Shown here: piece after piece, positions 39,202-49,803 of the stretch
Layout: each line of letters opens with the position of its first letter
How positions within the stretch are numbered: the first letter of the stretch is position 1
Origin: an uncultured cyanobacterium
Lineage (GTDB): Bacteria > Cyanobacteriota > Cyanobacteriia > CAKZMO01
Direction of reading: 5' to 3'
DNA length: 64,000 bases
Assembly: GCA_963719515.1 (NCBI GenBank)
Contig: CAVRCJ010000001.1
Location: 288,001-352,000, forward strand
Position numbers and translations under genes: made by a program
Notes under the pieces: model-generated
What the model saw: only the letters and a program-made list of their open reading frames with translations
Databases searched by the model: none
What the model was told of the DNA's origin: nothing

Positions 39202-39579
39202 CTACCGAATAGGCCGCTGCTGCACCAGGTAGCTCAGCACCTGACCGTGGGCGGGGGTGATGTGGACCCCCTTTGCGCCGATGGTGATCAGCGGTGTCCA
39301 GTAGTGGCGCTGTACGTAGTCCAGCAGATGGAGGCGGGCGATCGCCTCCTGGACGCCAGCGGGGGAGCCGATGAGCAGGTGCCGCAGGTGTGAGTCTTCG
39401 ACTGGTCCTGAAGGACCAACGCAGCCCGGAGCGGGGGAGGGCTCTAGCAGGGTGGGGATGTTGGGCTGGGCTTCTAGAGGTGAGTCTAGCCGCGTGGACT
39501 GGTCCGCAGCGAGCTGTTGGCGCACTGCGAGTTGGGCGGCCTCTTGAGGAAGAGACAGCGCGGGGTATTGAATTGTCAT
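39202..39579 (-). CDS. conserved cyanobacterial hypothetical protein
   Basis: LRHLLIGSPAGVQEAIARLHLLDY...WTPL...QVLSYL, a family I recognise; GGAG RBS upstream. Confidence 0.75.
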   Translation of the reverse strand: MTIQYPALSLPQEAAQLAVRQQLAADQSTRLDSPLEAQPNIPTLLEPSPAPGCVGPSGPVEDSHLRHLLIGSPAGVQEAIARLHLLDYVQRHYWTPLITIGAKGVHITPAHGQVLSYLVQQRPIR

Positions 39580-39676
39580 GAGGGACTCCAGTTTTATGTG
39601 TTGGGTTGGAGCCCCCCAAAGAATCTGGGCATTCCAGACGTGTTAAGGGCTCGGTATGACTCAGCTACAATCGACG

Positions 39677-39753
39677 CTAGGTCATCCAAACAGCTCACTC
39701 TGTTCTGGTGGCTTAGGGGCTGCATGTTGCTTGCGACAGCATGCGGCTCCGCC
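39677..39753 (+). ncRNA. candidate antisense sRNA (SymR-like two-hairpin architecture)
   Basis: TACAAT -10 at 39666-39671. Two hairpins (39677-39716, 39716-39750) whose imperfect pairs are G-U only on the + strand. Confidence 0.5.
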
Positions 39754-39806
39754 AGACCGACTCTTTGGGAGACTAGAACCATGGGGACCACGGCTCATAG
39801 CTCCAT

Positions 39807-39835
39807 AAGGTAGATCATTTGTGCGCCGATGGCAA
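39807..39835 (-). promoter_or_regulatory. sigma70-type promoter TTGCCA-N17-TACCTT for the 39579 gene leader
   Basis: -35 at 39835-39830, -10 at 39812-39807, exact 17-bp spacer. Confidence 0.5.
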
Positions 39836-40004
39836 GAGCCTTTTGGATCTTTGCTCAGGAGCGCTGCTACTGCTGAATGGCTTCGTTCACCGCTGCCTGC
39901 AACAGGTCATCGCTCATCCCGTGTCGCTTCAAGCTAACAATCAGGGCAGAGACGAAGGATGCCTATAATCGAGAGGAGCGGTTGCAGCTAAGGGGACAAA
40001 GGCC

Positions 40005-40421
40005 ATGGCGGCTAAAGATAGGTTCCATCGCATCGTATGTATCGCCTTGGAGAAGGAAGGATGGACGATTACAGATGACCCCTTATCTTTTCGGTTTGGA
40101 GGCGTAGATGTACACATTGACCTTGCTGCAGAACGATTCATTGCGGCGGAGCGTGGCGGAGAGAAAATTGCTGTTGAAGTTAAAAGTTTTCTTGGCGCAT
40201 CAGTTGTTTCAGAGTTTCATACGGCGCTAGGGCAGTTTATGAACTACCGCACCGTATTACGACGTAAAGATCCGGATCGGGTCCTTTATCTTGCCGTTCC
40301 TAAAGCCGCGTATGATGACTTCTTCAAGCGACAGTTTACGCAGTTAGTAATTCAAGATTATCAGCTCAGTATTGCTGTCTACGATATTGAGAAAGAGGTG
40401 ATTTTCCAATGGCTTCCATAG
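40005..40421 (+). CDS. xisH: XisH family protein
   Basis: MAAKDRFH..ALEKEGWTITDDPL, IDLAAE, IAVEVKSF and FHTALGQFMNYR. Confidence 0.93.
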   Translation: MAAKDRFHRIVCIALEKEGWTITDDPLSFRFGGVDVHIDLAAERFIAAERGGEKIAVEVKSFLGASVVSEFHTALGQFMNYRTVLRRKDPDRVLYLAVPKAAYDDFFKRQFTQLVIQDYQLSIAVYDIEKEVIFQWLP

Positions 40422-40744
40422 AAGATTATCGGATCCATATTAAGCAGCTGCTGACTAAATATGGGAGCTATTCTTATCGCTACGGCGAAGTCGAATCTCA
40501 AACCCTATTCGATACAGACCATGATCATTATCAGTTAGTCCGAGTTGGCTGGGAAAATAAGCAGCGGGTCTACGGCTGCGTGCTTCACTTAGATATTAAA
40601 GACGGCAAGGTTTGGATTCAGTGGAATTCTTCGGATATTGATATTGGTGAGGAGCTGGTGGCGCTCGGTGTGCCTAAGCAAGATATTGTGATTGGGTTTC
40701 AGCCTGAGTATTTACGCCAGTATTCGGAGTATGCGGTGGGGTGA
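40409..40744 (+). CDS. xisI: XisI family protein
   Basis: FDTDHDHYQL, HLDIKDGKVWIQ and GVPKQDIVIGF; overlaps xisH. Confidence 0.93.
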   Translation: MASIEDYRIHIKQLLTKYGSYSYRYGEVESQTLFDTDHDHYQLVRVGWENKQRVYGCVLHLDIKDGKVWIQWNSSDIDIGEELVALGVPKQDIVIGFQPEYLRQYSEYAVG

Positions 40745-41731
40745 GGTGTATCAAGAATTAATTGCGGTTGCTGTCAGCGATCGCGGGTGGTTGGGCCGCG
40801 TTGAGCTGAAGCTGGCCTATGATTTCCATACCTGATTCTAAGGGAGAGGTATAGGCTATTGATGGCCCTTTGCGCCTAACGCCGTTCCACGAATAGCTAA
40901 CGAGGGTTATGAAAATGCGATCGCCTAATGGAATGAAGTGCTGGTCTGTGGCGGCTTGGATGTTGCCGGGGCTGCTGATGGTGGCGGCTCCGGTCGTGGG
41001 GATGGCGGAGGTAAGGGTGCAGGGGGTGGAGACGGACCGTAAGGCGGAGGCGGACCGGCTGCTTCAGCAGGGCATTGAGGAGTTTAACGGCAGTCAGTTT
41101 CGTGAGGCGCTGCAGTTTTGGGAGCGATCGCTAGAGATTTATCGGGGGATAGGCGATCGCCGCGGGGAAGGCGCTGCCCTGGGCAACTTGGGCCTTGCCT
41201 ACAGCAACCTAGGGCAATACCAACAGGCGATCGCCCTCTATGAGCAACACCTTGAAATCGCCCGAGAGATAGGCGATCGCCGCGGGGAAGGCGCTGCCCT
41301 GGGCAACTTGGGCAATGCCTACCGCAACCTAGGGCAATACCAAGAGGCGATCGCGCTCTATGAACAGTCCCTTGAGATAGCCCGAGAGCTCGGCAACCGG
41401 CTCGCTGCAGGTAATGCCCTCGGCAACTTGGGTCTCGCTTATGACAACCTAGGGCAATACCAACAGGCGCTCGCATTCCATGAGCAGTCCCTTGAAATAG
41501 CCCGAGAGATTGGCGACCGCCGTGGGGAAGGCAATGCTCTGGGAAGCTTGGGCAATGCCTTCCTCCAACTAGGGCAATATCAACAAGCGATCACGCTCTA
41601 TGAGCAGTACCTTGAAATTTTTCAAGAGATTGGTGACCGCCGAGGGGAAGGGGTCGCTCTCGGTAACTTGGGTCTCATTTATGACAGCCTAGGGCAATAT
41701 CAACAGGCGATTGCATCCTATCAGCAGTCCC

Positions 41732-43047
41732 CTTAGTGGTGCAGGGAAGTCCTGAAAGTATTGGTATACATAAAGTCTCAGCCTAGGACAGGGGTTAACG
41801 GTAGGGGTGTTCCATGAGAAGCTTAAGTTCCCCAACTCAAAGCTAAATCAATGGAAACACCCCTGCTTTATCGTCAGCTGATGGACCAACTACGTCAATG
41901 GGTCAACCCAAAAGACGAGCGTCACCTGCAAGGCGTTGCAGAAGCAGTCGCTGCTATCCTGCAATCTCAAAGCGCCTGTCTGGGGAAATGGGTCACCTAC
42001 CTGAGCCATCGAAACTGCGAGGCTAGAGCACACATGGAGCGCCTAAGCTACTTGGTTCACAACCAGCACATCAGCGCTGAGCGCTTCTACGTACCGCTCC
42101 TACGCCATGCTCTGCAAGCATTTGACGGCAGCGAGATTACCCTAACTTTAGACACCAGCATGCTGTGGGAGCAGTTCTGTTTGGTGGAAGTCTGTCTGGT
42201 GTGGGGTGGGCGCTCGTTTGCCTTGGCTCAGGTGGTGCTAGAGCACAAGAGTGCTAGTGTCGCCTTCAAGGACTACAAACACGTTCTTGAGGCAGCCAAA
42301 GCGCTGGTGCCCTCCGGTTGCGGGGTGACGCTGTTGGCTGACCGAGGCTTTGCCCACAGAGAACTGCTGGTCTGGCTCGAGGAGTGCCAGTGGCAGTGGG
42401 CGGTTCGGGTCAAGTGTGACATGCAGGTCCGCCTTGCTACTGGAGCGACTCGTTCGGTGCAATATCTATTCCCCCCAGAGCAGCAAGCTTATCTATTACA
42501 CAATGTCACTGTCTTAGAGGACATTGAGGCGCACCTCGTCACAGGCCACCTTCCCAACGCCAGCGAGCCCTGGGCGGTTCTATCAAGCACGCCCCCCTCC
42601 CTGCAAACCTTCGCGCTCTACGGCAAGCGCTTTGGCGGCATAGAGCCGCACTTCAAAGACTACAAGTCGGCGGCCTTCAATGTTGTCGCTTCCGGTCTAA
42701 GGGATGCTCAAGCCCTGACGTGTCTATTCATGCTGTTGGACACGGCCTATCTGATTGCGCTGATTGTTGGCATGATCCTTGTTCAGAGCGGTCAACGCTC
42801 AAAGCTCGACTGGCATGGCGATAGGGGACTGAGTTTTCTGCAGCTTGGTCTGAGAAATATAGGACGGTGCTGCTACAGGCGAGTGCTACTGCCAACGCTG
42901 ATTGCCCTGCCGCCCCAAAGTCCACCTAAAGCCTGTGCCTCGAGGCGCAAGCGAGCCGCTTTAGACTGCCAAATTGAGTTCTCAAGGGTGGTCGTCTTCT
43001 CATGATGAGTCCGCTTAAGCCTCCTTTGAGATTTCTGCACCACTAAG
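41732..43047 (+). mobile_element. IS4-family insertion sequence, 1316 bp, 10-bp TSD CAGCAGTCCC
   Basis: Perfect 13-bp TIR CTTAGTGGTGCAG. TSD at 41722-41731 and 43048-43057. Confidence 0.95.
41851..43005 (+). CDS. IS4-family DDE transposase
   Basis: LTLDTS, LADRGF and YGKRFGGIEPHFKDYKS. Confidence 0.9.
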   Translation: METPLLYRQLMDQLRQWVNPKDERHLQGVAEAVAAILQSQSACLGKWVTYLSHRNCEARAHMERLSYLVHNQHISAERFYVPLLRHALQAFDGSEITLTLDTSMLWEQFCLVEVCLVWGGRSFALAQVVLEHKSASVAFKDYKHVLEAAKALVPSGCGVTLLADRGFAHRELLVWLEECQWQWAVRVKCDMQVRLATGATRSVQYLFPPEQQAYLLHNVTVLEDIEAHLVTGHLPNASEPWAVLSSTPPSLQTFALYGKRFGGIEPHFKDYKSAAFNVVASGLRDAQALTCLFMLLDTAYLIALIVGMILVQSGQRSKLDWHGDRGLSFLQLGLRNIGRCCYRRVLLPTLIALPPQSPPKACASRRKRAALDCQIEFSRVVVFS

Positions 43048-45336
43048 CAGCAGTCCCTTAAAATAGCCCGAGAGATTGGTGACCGCCGCGGGGAAGGTAA
43101 TGCCCTGGGTAACTTGGGCAGTACCCTTGGCAACCTAGGACAATACAAAGAGGCGATCGCACTCTATGAGCAACAGCTTGAAATTTTTCAAGAGATAGGT
43201 GACCGCCAAGGGGAAGGGGTTACCTTTGGCAACTTGGGCATTGCTTACAGTAACCTAGGGCAATATCAACAAGCGATCGCGCTCCTTGAGCAGCGCCTTG
43301 AGATAGCCCGAGAGATTGGCGACCGCCAAGGGGAAGGCAATGCCATCGGCAGCTTGGGTAACGCTTACCTCCGACTAGGACAATACCAACAGGGGATCGC
43401 ATTTCATAAGCAATACCTTGAGATAGCCCGAGAGATTGGCGACCGCCAAGGGGAAGGCAACGCCCTCGGCAACTTAGGCAATGCTTACCTTCAGGTAGGG
43501 CAATACCAACAGGCCATCGCTTCTTATCAGCAGGCTCTAGCCATCCACCAAGACATCGGCGATCGCGCTGCCGTAGGGCTTGGGTTTAGCAACATCGGCA
43601 ACCTCTTCGCCACGCAAGACCAACCTCAACTCGCCATCCTCTTCCTCAAACAGTCCGTCAACGTCCGCGAATCTATACGCAACGACATCCGCCAGCTCCC
43701 CACCGACCAACAGCAATCCTTTACCGACACCGTCGCGGACACCTACCGCCAGCTAGCCGACCTCCTCCTCCAAGAGAACCGAATCCTAGAAGCCCAGCGC
43801 GTCCTCGACCTCCTCAAAGTCCAAGAGCTAGGCGACTACCTCGGCACCGTCCGCAGCAGCCCCAACACCCAAACCGGCATCGACCTCACCACACCCGAAC
43901 GCCCCGTCCGCGATCGCCAGCAGGCCATCACCAACCGAGCGATCGCCGTGGGCCAGCAAATCGCCCAGCTGCGGCAGATAGACGAAGGGCGATCGCCCCA
44001 GCAGCAGGCGCAGCTCATTGAACTCGAAGCCGAACAGGACGACATCCGCGCCGAATTCTTCGCCTTTATCGACGGGCCAGAGGTGCAGGCCCTGGTTGAC
44101 GCTCTCAGCCGCGACCAGGCTAAGCAAGATCTAGTGGCCAACCTAGAGGAGCTAGTCAACCTGCAAAACAACCTCAAAGACCTGAACCAAAACGCGGTCC
44201 TCATCTATCCCCTAGTCCTAGAAGATCGCCTAGAGCTAGTGCTGGTCACTCCCTTCAGCGAACCCACCCGCTACCCCATCACCGTCCCTCGGGAAGAGCT
44301 GAACCAGGCCATCGTCCAGTTTCGCCAAGCTTTAGAAGATCCCACCAGCAACCCGCTGCCCGCCGCCCAGCAGCTCTACGACTGGCTGATTGCTCCCATG
44401 GCCGATGACCTAGCCGCCATTGACGCTCAAACCCTGCTCTACGCCCCCGATAGCATCCTGCGCTACATCCCCCTCGCCGCCCTGCACAACGGCGACAGAT
44501 GGCTAGCAGAAGATTACCGCGTCAACCACATCACCGCCGCCAGCCTGGGCAACCTCAACCTGCGCCCCGACTCAGAACTCGACATCCTAGCCGCCGCCTT
44601 CAGCGACGGGTTCCACAGCGTTGCCGTGGGAGAGCGCAATCTCGACTTTGACGGCCTCCCCTTCGCCGGGCAGGAGGTAGAGAACTTGGCCAAGGCCTTC
44701 CCCGGCACCACAACTCTGGTCAACGACGACTTCAGCCTTGATGATACTGTCCTGCTCATGGATGATCACACCGTGGTCCACCTGGCCACCCACGCCGCCT
44801 TTGTCCAGGGCACCCCCCAAGATTCCTTCATCCTATTCGGCAACGGCGATCGCATTACCCTGGAGGAAATGAAGCAGTGGCGGGGCCGCTTCAACGCTAT
44901 CGACCTAATTGTGCTCAGCGCCTGTGAAACAGGGCTAGGAGACGATGGCTCCGGCACCGGGGAAGAGATTCTCGGCTTTGGCTACCTGATGCAGCAGGCG
45001 GGGGCCGCAGCGGCGATCGCCTCTCTATGGCAAGTGAGCGACGGCGGCACCCAAGCGCTGATGAACGCCTTTTACACCGCGCTGAGCAACGGCTACAGCA
45101 AAGCAGAGGCCCTGCAGCGATCGCAGCGGGCGTTGATTGAGGGTGACCTCTCGGTTGTGGGGGAACAGCGCGGCACCATTGAGCTGATCAGCACGGCAAC
45201 AGGGGAGCCGATTAGCGCTGATGACCTCAGCCATCCATACTACTGGGCACCGTTCATCCTCATCGGCAACGGGCTGTAGGATGTGCAGGATACCCATGCC
45301 CTACTAAAGAGCAGTCACTAGCGCAGATCCTCTGGG

Positions 45337-46089
45337 TCAATTTGGGCAAAGTACCTCGGGCGCTTCACTGATCAGAGTTACCAGCTCCGCTGAAGGATTC
45401 TCCACCAAAAGGACTTCCCTCCAAAAATCGGACCAAAAGCCTTTAGCCGCGAAGTAGTCAGCGCGTCGTCTGGCCTTTTCTTCAGAGGAGCCCCCCGCCG
45501 CCGCTAGGGCGTCTAGCTCCTCGTTAATTTGCGCCTGCTGGGCTGACGTCAGGGTCACAAACGGCACCTCGACTGGAGGCTGGTCGGTCTCGGGTGAGTA
45601 AATTAGCCACTGGTATATCTGACCTGGAGCGATGGAGGGGGTGCCATTGTAGATGGCGTGACCCTGCTCACCCGTGGTCTGCCACAACGGTGACTGCGCC
45701 CCTTGCAACCGCAGCTCAACGGTCTCTACATCGCCTTTCCACACCAAGGTTGGCCCCGATATCGTCGTCTGGGTCACTTCCAGGTTGGCAACGGATGTCA
45801 ATGGCGCAATCAGGCAAAGGTCAGTCGCGATGGCGCTAGGAGAATCGCCTCTGCTGCCGCCGGGATCAGTCGGGACCGGTGGCTCAATCCTGCGCTCTTG
45901 CAAACTGCCTCGGCTTCCCCCCCCTTCAGCAGGCACCGGGGGATCGCTGCTAAAAATATCGCTCCAAGAGATCCAAGCCGTTGAGGTGAACTGGGCGATC
46001 GCCTCTGTTGCGGGCAGCGCTAGCCCTAACGTGAGACTAGCGACAAGGGACAGGCGAACGGTAGCGCGAGCTGAGCAGTAGAGCATCAT
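45337..46089 (-). CDS. exported DUF928-like protein
   Basis: ATG overlaps the upstream stop (ATGA). Signal peptide ending AIA, two GGSRG motifs, CLIAP, PTLVW, PGQIYQW and GFWSD. Confidence 0.7.
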   Translation of the reverse strand: MMLYCSARATVRLSLVASLTLGLALPATEAIAQFTSTAWISWSDIFSSDPPVPAEGGGSRGSLQERRIEPPVPTDPGGSRGDSPSAIATDLCLIAPLTSVANLEVTQTTISGPTLVWKGDVETVELRLQGAQSPLWQTTGEQGHAIYNGTPSIAPGQIYQWLIYSPETDQPPVEVPFVTLTSAQQAQINEELDALAAAGGSSEEKARRRADYFAAKGFWSDFWREVLLVENPSAELVTLISEAPEVLCPN

Positions 46090-48472
46090 GACTTTTTCCT
46101 GGTGAGTGCTGGAAAGCTGTAAAAGACTATCGTCAGAACCGGAAGCACAACGGGCAGCAAAACTGCCGTAGAAACGAAGAGTTGAAAGCTGATGCCGGTG
46201 CAAAGAGCGGTGCCTGCCGCAAAGATGAGCCACCGCGATCGCCGACTAAGCTGTTCTAGAGAGGATGATCCCGGCTTAGAAAACCGCTGGCGCTGAACAT
46301 ATACCGTCAACGCTTTACCGATAAGAGCCATCAACCCAATCATCCAGAGATTGGGAACCGAGACAACGTACCGTTGATCAAAGTAATGGCTGAGCTGGTA
46401 AGCGTGGATCTCACCGCCCGTGAGAATTTTGCGATTGTCTGATGAGGTCAGCTGTCGCCGCCAGTAGGCAACAGCGGCGGGCGTCGGTTGACTATCTTGG
46501 TTTGCCTTGTGAATTCCAGCCTCGCGATACCCTCCTGCGGCAATCATGACAACCTGATGCTCAAGGGATTGCAGTCGTTCAGGGGTTTCGTTGCTAGAAT
46601 CAGCTGCAAGCAGCTCCCACGCCGAAATCCGCTCATAGACTTGGGGGGGGGAACTGAGAAATCAACTATTGGATGAAGCCACATCTGCCGAAGTCGATAG
46701 CCAATCTCCGAAATCAGCATGGAGCGAGGGGGGGCTAGTTGAGAGACATGACGCGGGTGATAGCGTGTCAGCTCATAGCTAAAGGGCTGAGGTTCAGTCG
46801 GGTCCGCTGACAGCAATTTGAGGTAGTAGGTGTTTCCCAAGCGGCGGTAGCGGATATCGCCGTGGATGCTTTCCTCAAACTGGGCCAGTTCTGGCAGAGC
46901 AAATAGCCAAGCATCATTGAGCGATGGAGTCGCGGCAAAAACAACGTCAACATCTCGATCAGCAGCGGCCTGAAGCGATAGGGCCAGTTGCGCATCGTTA
47001 TCTTGGGGGTAGTCCAAAAGGTAATCCAATCCAATCACTTGGGCATTGAGTGACACTAGCTGATCCACTATCTGCGCCAAATAGCCGCGATCCATCACCT
47101 TCGGATCGCTGATGTTTGCCTTCGCGATCGAGGTGTCATCGATTTGCACCAGCAGCACGGGCGGCACTTGGTCCGCTGTGAACTGCTGAGTTGCGTGGCG
47201 ATAAAAGGCCTGCGCCACCATCCGCCGCTCCAATAGCCAGCTCTGCACCGGCAACTGCCAGCTCAGCGCCGCCAATAGCCCCACCGCGATCGCCTCCCGA
47301 CGGCTAGGTATCAGTTTCTGCAGCCGCTGCCGCCAGCCGTAGGGCTGAAGCTGAAATAGCGGGGCGCTGGGGCGGCAAAAGAGGGAGGGGACCAAATCTG
47401 CAGAAGGATAGGTCAGTTCGGCCTTACTTTTGAGAAACTCGGTGGCGGCAATCAGAGCGGTGTGGACATCCGCGTAGGCAGCGAGGCTCTGTAAGAACTG
47501 CGGCAAAAAGAGCTGGGCCACCCGGTTGTGGATCGGTTCGCGCATCACCGCCACTTGGTTCAGCCCCAGGCCAATGAGGGCGGCGGCGATATCCATGCCG
47601 TTGCAGGAATTGAACAGAGCAAACTGCAGCCCCCGCTGCTGGGCTTTCTCCAGGTGGGGCTGCAGTTCACTAAGGGCAATAGCCGTATTGGGCGCAATCG
47701 CCAGCTCTCCCCCTAGCCCTGGCTTCTCGTTGCTGTGCCCCGCAAAAAAGAGGATGTCCCACCCCTGCTCGGCGGCGATCGCCGCGACGATATCGCGCTT
47801 GAGGGTCTCGATGTCAGCCCCCGGCTGCCAGCCCACAAAGCGGATCTCAGCCAGAGAGGCCAGCGACTGTACCGCCTTGCGGTCTTCCGCAAAATTGAGG
47901 CCGGTATCATCCCCCATAATCGCCAAAATGCGAAGACGACGGCGTGAAGACTGGGGCACAGCCGCCGCAGCGCGAATATTGTCTGGGGTACGGGCAATGC
48001 GGATGCTGCCCGTGGCGGCAAACTCGCGACCAATCTCCCACGCCTCCCACGGCAGGCGGGCGATGTCATCTGTCGAGCAAGTCAGGAAAATATTGACGGC
48101 GGCATCGGCGCGGCTTGCTTTCGCAATCTCAGAGCGGATATCGTGCAGCTCTGGCGATCGCAGCCACTGGTGGAAGTCGTGCAGCAGCCGCGACTTTGCC
48201 TCGACAAGCCGCATCCGCCGGTCATTGGGTGTGGCAATCACGCTACCGCCGCCAACGGCCTTGCCGCGCAGCCCATCCCCAGCCTCTGGTGGGTCTAGAG
48301 AAATCGGCAGCGTTTGATAAAAGCTGAGGTAAGTTCGCTGCCAATCGCGATAGCGCTGCATCAGCACGTCTGGAAAGGTGACCGGGACGCTCAACTGCCG
48401 TTCTCCGTCCCACCTTAAGGTAAACAGGCAGTCTTGCCCCACGTGCCGTACCAAAAGTCGAAAGTTAGTCAT
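46086..48472 (-). pseudogene. CHAT protease + CHASE2 membrane sensor; frameshift in G9 tract 46643-46651
   Basis: LPWEAW, FFAGHS and FNSCNG CHAT dyad; TM helix; VLLVQIDD and IGLDYLLD CHASE2 motifs. Frame shifts at FSVPP to QVYERISAWELL...VMIAAGGY, followed by 3 TM helices. Confidence 0.85.
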
Positions 48473-49784
48473 GACGAATATAGGTAAAAGGCGGTAAGGT
48501 GATTTCCGCGCCGTTGGTTAAATTAACCGTGACCTGAAACTGCTCGCGCCACTCGCCAACGACCTGGGAGAACAAGTAGGCGTCAGGCCCTGTTTCCGAT
48601 AGGGTCTGCTGGTCTAGCACCTGTATATCGTCGCTGATCCTGAGGGTAATGCCAGCGGGTAGCTCTCGGTTGGGCTGTGGCCCGAGCAGCAGCAGTAGGC
48701 ACCAAGCCTGGTCCGATGCGGTGGAGAGATCCCAGGTGATGGCGTAGAGGCGCACCGACACCGTTTCCCAGGTGAGGTCGCGGTAGGCGGCGCGGGCCTG
48801 GGAGGGAATCGGGGTACCGCTTTGGGATATCGTGGTCACGATGTCCTCGAACTGCTCCACGGGCGATCGCGCATACCGCATTGAGGTTGCCTCCTGGAGC
48901 CGCGATAGGGGCGGCAGCAATCGCCAGTCTTGGTCTTGAGGAATTTGTACTGAGTCTTGGAACCACTGCCTGACGTTGACGACAGCCTGCGCCACTGGGC
49001 CGGGTGATGGACTAGGCAATAGCGATCGCCCTAGCTCAGGCTGGGTGAGGACTACCGCTGCCTGCTCCCAGGTGAGCAGCTTCCAAATAGGCACCTGAGA
49101 TTGAAGTCGACCTGCGAGAGTGGATAGGGTCTCTTGCACCTGAGCTACAGAGGGCAGCGTAGGGGGCGCGATCGCCACTGAGCCTGACGCCACTGAGCCT
49201 GACGCCAGAGCTTCGGGCGGCAGGCAGCGCAGGTAAAGCAGCAAGGCATCGGGGTCAAGATCAAACCAGGTTCGGGGGATGGTGTAAGTCCAGTCGCGAT
49301 GAGCGGTCAATTCTTCTGGCAGCGCCGCGATATGGGCGCGCATCTGGTCATAGCGCAGGCATCCCTGCACATCGACCTGTCCGACTTCCTCCCGCACGTC
49401 GACTAGCACCAATAGCTGTGGCACAAACGCGGCTAGCTCTAAAGCAGCTCGGGGAATGGTAACGGCCTCGTCGTCCAGGCTCCCAGCGGGAATGAGACAG
49501 AGGCGAAAGCCGTTAACCTCTAGGCTGCACACGGCGCTCAGCAGCCCCGCCACCTCAGGCCGCGTCACCGAACAGGCGGGGTTTTCTACGGCGATGCCCC
49601 GCTCAGATAGCCACTGCTGAAATCCCACCCAGGCGATCGCATTGAGATGAGCTTGCCAGCCCTCGGCGGGACGGAGGGTTTCAGTTTGTGCAACCGCTCG
49701 CTCTAGATCTTCTTCTGACAAAACAATTAGGTTGGGAGACTGTGTCTCGGCTTCGAGAGCCAGCGAATCTTCAGTAAGTGTCAT
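48465..49784 (-). CDS. DUF1822 family protein
   Basis: WQAHLNAIAWVGFQQWL, LEVNGFRLCLI, VTIPRAALELAAF, VNVRQW and C-terminal LPAGITLRI...EQFQV. Confidence 0.8.
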   Translation of the reverse strand: MTLTEDSLALEAETQSPNLIVLSEEDLERAVAQTETLRPAEGWQAHLNAIAWVGFQQWLSERGIAVENPACSVTRPEVAGLLSAVCSLEVNGFRLCLIPAGSLDDEAVTIPRAALELAAFVPQLLVLVDVREEVGQVDVQGCLRYDQMRAHIAALPEELTAHRDWTYTIPRTWFDLDPDALLLYLRCLPPEALASGSVASGSVAIAPPTLPSVAQVQETLSTLAGRLQSQVPIWKLLTWEQAAVVLTQPELGRSLLPSPSPGPVAQAVVNVRQWFQDSVQIPQDQDWRLLPPLSRLQEATSMRYARSPVEQFEDIVTTISQSGTPIPSQARAAYRDLTWETVSVRLYAITWDLSTASDQAWCLLLLLGPQPNRELPAGITLRISDDIQVLDQQTLSETGPDAYLFSQVVGEWREQFQVTVNLTNGAEITLPPFTYIRHD

Positions 49785-49803
49785 GATATTTAATCTCCTA
49801 ATC

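Larger units (their letters stand above)
40909..45279 (+). pseudogene. exported TPR-CHAT protease (1014 aa when reconstructed) interrupted by IS4
   Basis: Removing 41732-43057 joins YQQS-LKIAREIG in frame. Signal peptide, nine 40-aa TPR units, and CHAT motifs HLATHA, LSACETG and HPYYWAPF. Confidence 0.92.

Noticed and set aside
39594..39791. 65-aa minus-strand ORF
   Set aside because: No recognisable protein features and it overlaps the structured leader/antisense RNA; a leader peptide role cannot be excluded.
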